A stretch of 64,000 nucleotides of DNA, counting the filler. It is 19 parts of 19 records of this genome, joined end to end, with 100 filler letters (N's around TTAATTAATTAA, not from the genome) between each part and the next. Parts side by side here need not be neighbours in the genome. Positions count along the whole stretch, not along the records: positions 31,205 to 34,113 come from SRR16133337_91008; positions 34,214 to 37,922 come from SRR16133337_91348; positions 38,023 to 44,227 come from SRR16133337_91526; 16 more parts are not named here. One strand, given 5' to 3'. Positions 32,281-43,100 of this stretch are shown here, piece after piece. The notes below the pieces were generated by a model, which did no database searches, was not told the origin of the DNA, and was given only the letters and a program-made list of their open reading frames with translations. How positions within the stretch are numbered: position 1 is the first letter of the stretch; each line of letters begins with the position of its first letter. The position numbers were made by a program, and so were the translations under genes.

Positions 32281-33764
32281 GTAATCCAATTACAGAGGCA
32301 AACTTTTTCCCGTCGAACTCAAAAATCTTGGAATCTTCGCTGGCAATAGCTCCACCTGATACACCATGGTTCGAAAGACACGAATGCGATGCGATCCCAG
32401 CTGTTTCCTCATTCACAGGATTTTCAAGCACTTTTCCAAAGGAAGCCATTCGTCTTTGCCCATTCCCCAGTGTCTGGTTGACATGAGTTATGATATTTGA
32501 ACGACGAGTGATGTTTTGCATGTCCTGAAATGTCATCTCCGGAGATACTTTTCCCATGTCGGGGGATTCATTGGCCGGATGACCGATTACGACCACACGC
32601 TTCCCAACAACCGGAGCCAGCAACGGGATTGCGAAGTTGTTGTCGTATTGTGGATACTACAAAAGGAAAAACAAGAAACTATTGACTACATTACAGGATA
32701 AATACAACAAATTCAGGGAAACTCCCAACTCCTCCAAACACACCGCTGATGCAATACTGCACACACCATCCCACCATCCCACATCAAAAAATAGCAACGC
32801 AGTGCCAAAGCATAGAATCACCTGCACAGAAAAATTAAAGAGACATCCCTTCACTCTAGGCCTCCCCACCCCTTCGCGTGAGCCAGAATCAATTGCCCAA
32901 CTTGACCATGTCGGACTTTAAATGTGATGATTTTTGACTAGTTACTTACACCATTTCCGGTACTTTGTTATTGTGGACATTTCTTGCTTTTTACATTTAA
33001 AAACAAGCGTTCGGACTTTCACACAATTTTTACAAAATACACTTTGAAGACGCGTGGTCACCTTTACATCGATTTATTCTGTATGAAGACAAGAAACATC
33101 AAAGTAATTTTCTCCTGTTTTTAATGACATTTTCAGTGTAAAAATTGTGTCTATACGAAAAATTTCGTTTGGGATGTTACGATTTTGGCCTGGTTTTGGC
33201 TCAATGTTTTGAACCAATTCGCACTTTTTTCAATGTTTTTTTTTGCAGAAAAAAATGCGAGGATCCATCGCTTCGCATTCAGAAAGTCAAATTTGTGATC
33301 GCTGCAGCATCTATTCGCACTTTTTTTGACAGATATGGCAAATGCAAACCACAACTTTGCATTTGAAAACCAGCAGCCAAACTCAGGAAGTGCTCGTAAC
33401 ACTCCACACGTGTGCAAAAAAACACCTTACTTTCCGGGAAACCAATAATTTTTCGGACCTTACATAAGGCTTTTGATTTTGCCTCAATGTTAGCAATTTT
33501 GAAGCAACAGAACACGAAGAAAAAGGAAGCAAAATTCTTTGGTTTTTCTCTCCACAAAGAGAATTGACAGATTTCAAATTCAAACATCTCCACAATTTGT
33601 CATGTCGCTCACCTCGTTAATCAAATCCGCGTATGCTTCTGTTGGTAAAGAGAAGGAGATAAAATCATTTTCAGACCGAGCAACTCCTCCAAAATCTCCC
33701 CAATCCATGGCAACTGCGTCTACTCTAAGCTTTTCATCGAAGTCTTGCTCGTGATAGTCTGTTA
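32281..33764 (-). CDS. Eukaryotic trypsin-like (V8/Trypsin_2-type) serine protease, two internal exons (33764-33613, 32656-32281)
   Basis: GT-AG boundaries with compatible phase; candidate catalytic Asp ENDFISFSL; VVVIGHP; catalytic Ser motif HSCLSNHGVSGGAI; ends VIGL-c|gtaag (probably VIGLH). Confidence 0.65.
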
Positions 33765-34571
33765 CTAAAAAATCACAAACAAAACAGTTTTAATTAAAAG
33801 CAAAAGTAATGTTGATCAAGCCCAAAGATAAAGATCAAGGTAGGGCTACGACTTAGAATTTGGAGAGAGAGAAGACATGACCTGCTTCTCATTGACGAAA
33901 AACAATGTACAAAACTTAAAAATTTGTTAGTTACTGGTGCAACACTCATGCTTTCTTTTGACGATAGAAAAGCGGTTTGGAAAGCGTATTTTCGCAAAAC
34001 ATTTCACATTTGAAGAATTTTACTCTGAAAACGGTGTACGATTTCAGCAGTGTTATCGAGAGAGGACTTAACCACACACCCCCCCCCCCCTAGTTCGAAA
34101 TTATCTAAGGGAGNNNNNNNNNNNNNNNNNNNNNNNNNNNNNNNNNNNNNNNNNNNNTTAATTAATTAANNNNNNNNNNNNNNNNNNNNNNNNNNNNNNN
34201 NNNNNNNNNNNNNGCGTTTTCAAAAATCTGCAACTGAATTTTAGCTGGAAGATTTATTTTTTTGAGAAAAAAAAATTGAAACTACTAACAAGAATTTTTT
34301 GCAAATTTGACTTGATGAAAACAAATAATTACTTTCCCGTCAATTTCGTGATGTCCAAACGTGCAAATTACAGCTATATTCATACACCACATTACCAGAT
34401 ATTTTTTGGTGATTTTCGAAAAAGAATGTGCTTTTAAAAACCTCCAACGGGTACTTACTCCCTTATTTTTTTAAAAAAAAATGGAGCGTGGGGTGAATTT
34501 CTGAGGTGCACAAGGTTCTTATTGCGTTAGGTCACGTACGGACAATTTTGGAATGTACGAGAAGTACTTAC

Positions 34572-37500
34572 ATTCGTATGTTTTTGGAGCTTTTTCGAGA
34601 AGTGCTTGTACTTTTCCGTCAAGAGATTTCTTCTCGTAGAAAATACTGTGAAGAAGTTCGAGTTTTCGATGTTCTTCGGACCTGTAGAGAACCATTGTTT
34701 TACCGACTTGAACCTAAAACAGAAAAACAAAAACAAGTGAATAAAAATTGAATTTTTGTGTTGTGATTTTGCTTTTTGTGTACAAAAATCGAACTTGTTT
34801 TAAAAATACAAATTTAGATAGATACAATGTGATGTGAGTATGTTTTTCGAGGTTTTCATTTTTATAACTCTGTAATGAAATGTGAATGTCCAAAATACGG
34901 AGACCAGTTTAATCATAAAACATCGGAACAAAACGTGATGCAAATCTATTTGTTTGAATACATAAAATTTTAGTAGACAATTACGAAACTAATCCACAAA
35001 AAACAACAAATTCGAAAACAAAATGTATCATGTGACAATGTCAACAAGAACCACCACGTGATTTTGCCTGGTTCACAAAAAACTAAAACTAATCTTTTTG
35101 GTCTGTAAAACAACCCATGGAATAAACTTCTAGTTATTTTTAAACCAGACAATTTTGTAACCAACAAAAATTTGTCAAAGTGCAAACACTTCAAATGGAA
35201 GACAATTGATTCTCAAGTGCACTCAACCTGTTTCCGCATTTATGCACACACCTGCAGGGGACGAAGGAACTTACATTTTCTTGTGCGAGACCGATTTGTT
35301 TGGTGAGATCTTTTGCTTTTGCTGGATTACCTCCTGCCATGTTCTCTTGATCAATTATGCATCCATAACGTTCACAATACTCTGCGTGTGGCATTCGGAA
35401 CGGGAATCCTTGTTTCCTGATTTTAACAGCTTCAAAAACATCCGAATATCTATGATGAACAAATAATATCTAAGAGACTGTCGAAACGTGTATCATTGTA
35501 TGACTTTCGAATGACTAGAACATCTTGTTTTTGGACACATTAAAAGTTTCCAAAAAGACCTTTTTTTAAAAACAAACAAACACATTTTAAGTAGCCATCA
35601 AGTTTTTGGTACAACCAAAATTTCTAAATATTGGAGTTTTGTTCAGTCAAACAAAGAAATGTTTTTATGCCAAAAACTAAAACCAACTAAAACCAACTAT
35701 CAGTTATCTACCTCCAAACCCCCAACACACCCCACCCCCAACCAAAACCATAAGTCAATCACAAAAAAAGTGCTTTGGTTAAGCACTGTACCAAGTAATA
35801 TAGGTCACCGAAAATCGAGTGAACTTACGTGAGCTGTTCAAGACAGTTTTTAGCGACAAATTTCATTGCTTTCTTTGTGTCGTTAGGTTTTATACATCGA
35901 ATATAATGCGGTTGTGTTTTATGTAGTGTTGTCATTAGAGAATTAAGCTAATATGCGGCAACAACAGAAAATGATAGTCAGTAGATAAAAAACAAACAAA
36001 CAATAATTTGATATTACTGGGTGGATATTAAGATAATTTGTCTGTCATTAGGGAGAGTGAACATTTCCCATACAAAATTGTATCTACATAAACCAATTTT
36101 CAGCCGTTAATAAGTTATGTTTTGAACGTTGTGATATGCCCAAAACTCACATTTTGTACATAATTACAGTCATACTGTTTTGATGATTTGTCTGGAGCCG
36201 GGGCTGGCATAAAATGCAATGGAACACCTTGTCTCTTAATCCTTCCCCACCACACACCACTCCCACACGCCCTCTCTCCTCTCCCAATCACGCGTGCCAC
36301 CACCATGCATTTTTGTCCACCAATAGAAATTAGAGCAACAAAGCAATGCATGTCACAACGTAACAAATGAGACAATTATGCAAATATAAAACATGAATAA
36401 CACACAGATATCATATACAACAGAGATGTGCATATTTTTTGTGTACAAAATAAAGATGAACTGTACCTGTATAGAAAATTGTTTCCCTAAACTTTCTCGC
36501 CGCTTCGCATGTGCCTCTCCTGGTGAAGGTAAGATTTCTTTGAGCCACTCCCATGACGACGCTCCCAACAAATTAAGTTGATCTTCTGAAAGAATATCAC
36601 GATTTTTCGCTAAGAATCCTGTTACCTATACACATAAATGAACACAAGACTGTGAGAGCAGTTAAAACATGGAAGAAGAAAAATACCCAAGCTCTCCAAC
36701 CCATTACATTTATATAAGAAATATAGCAGAGGTTTCGAGCACCTTAACATGTCATCTTTTGTAATCTGCTGTAAACATTTGTGTCCGGGGGGTTGCCCAT
36801 GTCACTCTATATCATTTTATTGAGGGGCACATTTTGGTATCCACTCAATTAAATATGCCATTCGATGTAATTTTCTCGAAAACTGTGTTCAATAGCGCAG
36901 TACAAAATGGAAGTCACGAAAAACAACCCCAACCTCCCTCAACACGCTGATGCCGTAGCCCTAATTCTCCATCCACCCCCCACACGAACTGCGGCAAAAG
37001 TTTTGAATATTTTTGCGGACTAACAACACTGATATATTTACTGTAAAATACGTATTATTCTCAAACAACCACACAACATTTTCTTATTTGTGTATAACGC
37101 ATTTGGCCAAAAACATCCGACTTTAGGTTTTGAGAAAATTTACTTTTTTATTTGGTCGATAAGGAGACCAAGGGAGGCAAACCAATCTACATATTAAATT
37201 TTCAACAACAACAAAAAACTCCTTAGTGAGAATACGTACCTCATATACAACCTTTCCTGCGTAATGCATTAAGACGAATGTTGTTGGACCTTTTTTGACA
37301 TCATCAATGTAATATTTGCTTCCTAAACACATAAATGTGTGGACATGTTTGTAGAGGCATTTTGGGATGTGTTATAAAATTCGCATTTTGTTCACGTATC
37401 AAAGTTTTACGTTGATTTGTAGTTGCGAATTTGACGGAATTGAAAAACACGCGAAAATCTTACATCATACTGTGTCCACACCCCACATCACAACTACACC

Positions 37501-37922
37501 CACCTCCCAAAATATGAATCGTTTACCCACAGGTTAAAGTTAATAGAAAGCCCATGCAATCAAAATGAGAATTTTCGTATGCCAAACAATCAAAATTGTA
37601 CTCTCACAATCGCCACCGAAAAAATTCATACATCTCCAAACAACACTTCATATTTACCTCGGTGAGTTTCGTGACATTTTGCCAAGAACTGTTTGTCACT
37701 TCCTTTCGGTTGTACAATTTCCTCATCGAGTTTGAAAAAGATTCCTTTTGGCCTCTAAAAAATGAAACAACAAGACACTTAGAACAAAGGCTTACAAAGC
37801 AGGAAATCTACAACAGTAAAAGTTTCACACATTAACTCACATGGCGCGTAACTTTTTGAAAATCACCTTCTTTGCTTGAATTTGACGTTTTTCTTTTGGG
37901 GATTCAGGAATTTTGCCTGTTT
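34572..37922 (-). CDS. Eukaryotic myosin heavy chain, C-terminal half of motor domain, seven exons (37922-37867, 37754-37658, 37322-37240, 36625-36467, 35947-35829, 35449-35275, 34713-34572)
   Basis: Hand-spliced at GT-AG with consistent phases: RPKGIFFKLDEE..PKGSD, FVLMHYAGKVVYEVTGFLAKNRD, LNSLMTTLHKTQPHYIRCIKPN, EQLTYSDVFEAVKIRKQGFPFR, VQVGKTMVLYR. Confidence 0.93.
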
Positions 37923-38023
37923 NNNNNNNNNNNNNNNNNNNNNNNNNNNNNNNNNNNNNNNNNNNNTTAATTAATTAANNNNNNNNNNNNNNNNNNNNNN
38001 NNNNNNNNNNNNNNNNNNNNNNT

Positions 38024-40438
38024 GTAGACAGATTACTTGATAAAGGTTATAAACCTCAAAATATCACTTTAGAAAAAACTTGGAAAACGGGACACGGAAC
38101 AAGTGGACGTTTAGATATTTTAGTTACTCGTGATAATGGTGCTGCATATTTAATGATTGAGTGTAAAACTTGGGGTAAGGAATACGAAAAAGAACTAAGT
38201 AATCTTCATAAAAACGGAGGGCAATTATTTACATATTTTCAGCAAGATAAAGATACAGCTATTATTATGTTGTATGCTTCTGAATGGAATGGAAATGAAA
38301 TTCAATACAAGAATGAAATTGTAAAAATTGAAGACGATTATAGACAAACGGCAAATGTAAAAGATTTCTTTGAACGCTGGAACAAACAACCAAAATCAAA
38401 CGGAGTTTTCGATGAATGGGTAATGCCTTATGAATTTCAAAGTAAAGCCCTTACTAAAAAAGAATTAAAAATATTAAAACACGAAGATAGCAGTCATATT
38501 TTCAATAGGTTTTTAGAAATTTTAAGACACCATGTTGTTTCAGACAAACCCAATGCGTTTAATAAAATATTCACTTTGTTTTTATGTAAAATAGTAGACG
38601 AAAACAGAAAGGAAAATGAACAACTCCATTTTCAATGGATTGAAGGACAAGACAATCATATTTCTTTTCAAAAAAGATTAACAGACCTTTACAATAGAGG
38701 AATGTTAGAACTTTTAGAAAAGAAAGTAACCGATGTAAGTGATTCTGAATTTGACAAACAATTTTTACAAGTTGAAGAACAATACAAGGACAAATTCAAA
38801 GAAATATTAACAGAAATCCGCCTTAAAAAGAACAATGAATTTGCTATTAAAGAAGTTTATGACAATGCTTCTTTTCAAGAAAATGCAAAGGTTGTAAAAG
38901 AAGTTGTAGAATTATTACAAGTTTATCAAATACGATATAACTATCGTCAACAATTTTTAAGTGATTTCTTTGAATTATTGCTAACAACGGGTTTAAAGCA
39001 AGAATCTGGGCAGTTCTTTACTCCTGTTCCAATTGCTCGTTTTATTATTAAAAGTCTTCCTTTTCCTGAAATTACAGATAAAAAAATTGAAGAAGGAAAC
39101 AAAAATGATTTACTACCAACTATAATTGATTACGCAGCAGGAAGTGGGCATTTTATAACCGAATCAATGGAAGAAGTTCAAAGACACATTGATTCTTTAG
39201 AGGAAAGTAAATTTAATCCAACAACCAAAAGAGCTATAAATAAATGGAAAGAAGATCAATTTGATTGGGCTGAAGATTACGTTTATGGTATTGAAAAAGA
39301 TTACCGCTTAGTAAAAACGGCGAAAGTAAGTTGTTATTTACACGGTGACGGTTTAGCAAAAGTTATTCACGGAGATGGCTTAGGTGATTTTTCTACTTCA
39401 ACTGAATTTAAAGATTTATTAAAAGAAACCGATAAAACATATACCCAAGATAATAAGCAATTTGATATCATAATTTCAAATCCTCCTTATTCTGTTGCTG
39501 CGTTTAAAGGTCAAATGAAGGATGAGAAATCAAAAAAAGCATTTGATTTATACGACAGATTAACCGACCAAAGTAGCGAGATAGAATGTTTGTTTATTGA
39601 GCGAACGAAACAACTCTTAAAAGATGGCGGAGTTGCGGGTATTATTTTACCAAGTAGTATTTTAAGTAACACAGGTATTTATACACAAACTAGAGAAATA
39701 ATCTTAAAATATTTTGATATTTTAGCCATTACCGAAATGGGTTCTAATACGTTTATGGCAACACGTACAAATACGGTAACCTTATTTTTAAAACGTAGAA
39801 ATAATGCAGATGCCTTTAATATTGAAGAAGCAGTTAAAAAGCTATTTACCAATTTACAAGATGTTACCATTAATGGAATAGAAAATCCATTACAAAAGTA
39901 TATTGCTCACGTTTGGGAAAGTATTACGTTGGATGATTACAAAACCTTATTACAGAAATTGCCAAACGATGCTATTAAAAATCACGAAATATATCAAGAA
40001 TACGAGAAGAAAGTAAAAGCGAAAAATGAGCAAGAAAAATGGACCAACATTCTAGCTTTAGAACAAGATAAATTGCTTTATTTTATTTTGACACTTCCTC
40101 AAAAAGTAGTTTTAATTAAAACAGGCGAAAAGAACAAAGAAAAAGCATTTTTAGGTTACGAATTTAGTAACCGTAGAGGAAGTGAAGGTATACACTCAAT
40201 ACAACGTAGCAAAACTATAGACGATTGTACACAGTTGTATGATGCCACTACTTTTGAAAACCCCAAAAAAGCAAGTACTTATATTTACAATGCCTTTAAA
40301 GGAAATTTTGATTTAGAAATAGATGAGAATTTAAAAGAAAACGTAAGCTACCAAAACTTAGTTGATATGTTAACCTTTGACCGTGTTGATTTTGAAAAAA
40401 ATATTTCACTTTCGGTTAAAAAAAAAAGTAAAAATTGA
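38024..40438 (+). CDS. Fused restriction endonuclease plus m6A (gamma-class) methyltransferase of a Type IIG/IIB-like R-M system (5' truncated at contig start)
   Basis: Frame open from the contig start. Nuclease GRLDIL...MIECK (PD-(D/E)xK-like); GQFFTP; motif I IIDYAAGSGHF; motif IV NPPY (39479-39490); LLKDGG..GIILPSS. Confidence 0.9.
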   Translation, partial: VDRLLDKGYKPQNITLEKTWKTGHGTSGRLDILVTRDNGAAYLMIECKTWGKEYEKELSNLHKNGGQLFTYFQQDKDTAIIMLYASEWNGNEIQYKNEIVKIEDDYRQTANVKDFFERWNKQPKSNGVFDEWVMPYEFQSKALTKKELKILKHEDSSHIFNRFLEILRHHVVSDKPNAFNKIFTLFLCKIVDENRKENEQLHFQWIEGQDNHISFQKRLTDLYNRGMLELLEKKVTDVSDSEFDKQFLQVEEQYKDKFKEILTEIRLKKNNEFAIKEVYDNASFQENAKVVKEVVELLQVYQIRYNYRQQFLSDFFELLLTTGLKQESGQFFTPVPIARFIIKSLPFPEITDKKIEEGNKNDLLPTIIDYAAGSGHFITESMEEVQRHIDSLEESKFNPTTKRAINKWKEDQFDWAEDYVYGIEKDYRLVKTAKVSCYLHGDGLAKVIHGDGLGDFSTSTEFKDLLKETDKTYTQDNKQFDIIISNPPYSVAAFKGQMKDEKSKKAFDLYDRLTDQSSEIECLFIERTKQLLKDGGVAGIILPSSILSNTGIYTQTREIILKYFDILAITEMGSNTFMATRTNTVTLFLKRRNNADAFNIEEAVKKLFTNLQDVTINGIENPLQKYIAHVWESITLDDYKTLLQKLPNDAIKNHEIYQEYEKKVKAKNEQEKWTNILALEQDKLLYFILTLPQKVVLIKTGEKNKEKAFLGYEFSNRRGSEGIHSIQRSKTIDDCTQLYDATTFENPKKASTYIYNAFKGNFDLEIDENLKENVSYQNLVDMLTFDRVDFEKNISLSVKKKSKN

Positions 40439-41525
40439 GAGTAAATGGGAGTTGAAAAAATTTTCAGAGATAATTGAAGTTGAATACGGTAAAAGAATTG
40501 TAAAACAAAAAGAACAAGGTTCTACTCATCCCGTTTATGGAGGTGGTAATAAGACTTTTAAATCAGATAATTTTAATAGAGAAGATAAGTTTATTATTTC
40601 AAGATTTGGAATGTCTCCAGAGTGTATGAGGTTCGTTAAAGGGAAATTCTTTTTAAATGATTCAGGGTTTACAGTAAAGCCTAAAAATACGTTATTGAAA
40701 GATTCCTATTTACAATATTTCTTATTTCAAAATCAGCAGATGATATATTACTGTGGAAGAGGTGTTGCTCAAAAAAATATAGATTTTGAGCAATTTAACG
40801 TTTTAAAAATCCCACTTCCACCAAAAGAAATACAAGAAAAAATAGTTTCTGAAATTGAAGTATTAGAAAAGAAAAAATTAAAAACAGTTGAGGATCTTGA
40901 AAATTTAAGAATTGAAATTAGTGAAATCATCTCAAAATCAACTGGTAAATTAACAAAACTAGAAAATATAACTTCAAAAATTGGAAGCGGCTCAACTCCA
41001 AGAGGCGGTAAAGGTTCTTATCAAAGTAGTGGTATTAGTTTAATTAGAAGTCAAAATATCTATGACCACGGCTTTATAGAAAAAGGTCTAGCATTTATCA
41101 ATGAAGAACAAGCCAAAAAATTAAATAATGTTACTCTTGAGAAAAATGACATTTTATTCAATATTACAGGAGCTTCAATAGCAAGGTGTTGTATTGTTAA
41201 AGATAAATATCTGCCAGCAAGAGTAAATCAGCACGTTTCAATAATTAGAACTAACGATAAAGCACTATCAAAATATGTGCAAATGACTTTAGTTAGTTCT
41301 TCAATTAAAGCAAAATTATTAGAAATTGGAGACGGAGGAACTTCTAGGGAAGCAATTACAAAACTACAGTTGGAAGAATTTAAGATTCCGTTACCAACAA
41401 TAAAAGAACAAGAAAAAACAGTTGTTGAAATAGAAAAAATAGAAGCTAAAATAAATACCTTAGAAAAACAAATAGCAGAAATACCAAAACAGAAAGAAGC
41501 TATACTGAAAAAATATTTGGAATAA
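40428..41525 (+). CDS. Specificity (HsdS-like) module with two TRDs, in the +1 frame after an A10 run
   Basis: KIESKWELKKF-TRD1-IPLPPKEIQEKIV coiled coil, then KLENITSKIGSGSTPRGG-TRD2-IPLPTIKEQEKTV...AILKKYLE. No ATG before 40611. Confidence 0.85.
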   Translation, partial: VKIESKWELKKFSEIIEVEYGKRIVKQKEQGSTHPVYGGGNKTFKSDNFNREDKFIISRFGMSPECMRFVKGKFFLNDSGFTVKPKNTLLKDSYLQYFLFQNQQMIYYCGRGVAQKNIDFEQFNVLKIPLPPKEIQEKIVSEIEVLEKKKLKTVEDLENLRIEISEIISKSTGKLTKLENITSKIGSGSTPRGGKGSYQSSGISLIRSQNIYDHGFIEKGLAFINEEQAKKLNNVTLEKNDILFNITGASIARCCIVKDKYLPARVNQHVSIIRTNDKALSKYVQMTLVSSSIKAKLLEIGDGGTSREAITKLQLEEFKIPLPTIKEQEKTVVEIEKIEAKINTLEKQIAEIPKQKEAILKKYLE

Positions 41526-41611
41526 AGCCAATGTTCAAACACATTGTGTAAAAATAATATACTCCGTCCTACCGCTAATTTCGAAAAACAAAAGGCAAAA
41601 AGCATAAAAAA

Positions 41612-42901
41612 ATGAAATTTAAACAATCAGAAAAGTTATACCAAAGAGGATTAGAAAACTTAGTGGGAGCAGTAAACTCTCCCGTAAGGGCATTTGCTTC
41701 CGTAGGAGGGAATCCTTTGTTTATTGATAAAGCAAAAGGAAGTCATATCAAAGATGTGGATGGAAATAGATACATTGATTTGGTTCTTTCTTACGGACCG
41801 ATGATTTTAGGACACCGTCATAAAAAAGTAGAAAAAGCAGTTACAAAAGCCTTAAAAAAAGGAACTTCTTTTGGAGCTTCTACAAATGCAGAAATTCAAT
41901 TGGCAAAAATTGTTTGTGATGCGTTTCCAGGGATGGATAAAGTTCGTTTTGTGAATTCTGGTACTGAAGCTGTATTAAGTGCCATACGTTTGGCAAGAGC
42001 CTATACAGGAAAAAATAAAATCATCAAATTTTCAGGAGGTTACCACGGTCATATGGATGCCCTGTTAGTAGCCGCAGGTTCTGGCTTGGCAACTTTAAGC
42101 TTACCAGGATCTAAAGGAGTTCCGGAGGAAGCAGTTGCAAACACCCTAATTGCAACGTACAATGCGATGGACTCTGTTAAAAAACACTTGTCAGAACACA
42201 AGGATATTGCCGCAATCATATTAGAGCCTGTAGCAGGAAATATGGGCGTTGTACAACCAAGTGATAAATTCATCCAAGAATTACGAGATTTGACAAAATC
42301 TAAGGGGATCTTGTTGATTTGCGATGAGGTAATGACAGGATTCCGTTCTCAATTTGGAGGAGCACAAGAATTGTTGGGAATTGAAGCAGATATTACTTGT
42401 TTAGGAAAAGTAATTGGTGGAGGCTTTCCAGTAGGAGCTTATGGGGCAAGAAATGAAATTATGGAAAATGTGGCTCCCTTAGGAGACATGTATCAAGCAG
42501 GAACTTTGTCTGGAAATCCAATTGCGATGGCTGCAGGAAAGGCTACTTTGTTAGAGTTGAAAAGACAAAATCCGTATGAGAAATTCAACAAAATGGGGGG
42601 TAAAATAGCCTCTATTTTATTAGAAGCCGCTCAAAAATATGGAGTTGATTTGACCGTAAATCGTTTTGGATCGATGATCAATCCCTTCTTTACAAAAGAA
42701 GAAGTGACGAATTTTACAGAAGCTCAAAAATCGGACACCAAAAAATTTGCCGTTTTCTTTTGGGAGATGATTAAAAATGGCGTGTTTTTACCACCTTCAC
42801 AATTCGAATCTTGGTTTTTGTCTTCCGCATTGACAGATACAGATCTATTCCATATTTCTGTCGCTGTTGATAAAGCCATGGAGAAAGTAGGGGATATTTA
42901 G
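41612..42901 (+). CDS. hemL: Glutamate-1-semialdehyde 2,1-aminomutase
   Basis: VNSPVRAF, YGPMILGH, VNSGTEA, YHGH, EPVAGNMG, DEVMTGFR, LGKVIGGGFPVGAYG, YQAGTLSGNP, PPSQFE. Confidence 0.97.
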   Translation: MKFKQSEKLYQRGLENLVGAVNSPVRAFASVGGNPLFIDKAKGSHIKDVDGNRYIDLVLSYGPMILGHRHKKVEKAVTKALKKGTSFGASTNAEIQLAKIVCDAFPGMDKVRFVNSGTEAVLSAIRLARAYTGKNKIIKFSGGYHGHMDALLVAAGSGLATLSLPGSKGVPEEAVANTLIATYNAMDSVKKHLSEHKDIAAIILEPVAGNMGVVQPSDKFIQELRDLTKSKGILLICDEVMTGFRSQFGGAQELLGIEADITCLGKVIGGGFPVGAYGARNEIMENVAPLGDMYQAGTLSGNPIAMAAGKATLLELKRQNPYEKFNKMGGKIASILLEAAQKYGVDLTVNRFGSMINPFFTKEEVTNFTEAQKSDTKKFAVFFWEMIKNGVFLPPSQFESWFLSSALTDTDLFHISVAVDKAMEKVGDI

Positions 42902-42933
42902 TGAAACGATGATACCGTGATACGGTGAAACCG
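42901..42933. repeat. Degenerate 8-nt tandem array immediately after the hemL stop
   Basis: gtgaaacg-atgatacc-gtgatacg-gtgaaacc. Confidence 0.6.
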
Positions 42934-43061
42934 TTTTTTTGTTTTGTAGTTATGCAGTCCTGTTGTCGGTTGTGAACCGAAAGCAAAAAGGTTTTTTACT
43001 TCTCACTTTTGACATGAGAGTAGTCTAACTACCTGTCAACGTTATTTAGGCATTGACAACC

Positions 43062-43096
43062 AAATACGAAATACCAGATACAAAATACCAGATACT
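43062..43096. repeat. Heptamer tandem array immediately upstream of hemE
   Basis: aaatacg-aaatacc-agataca-aaatacc-agatact. Confidence 0.8.
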
Positions 43097-43100
43097 AAAA

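Noticed and set aside
41524-41560. Integron attC-like site after the specificity module
   Set aside because: Only loose resemblance (aaagcca...aacacattgtgtaaaa); no complementary core and inverse-core pair could be identified.
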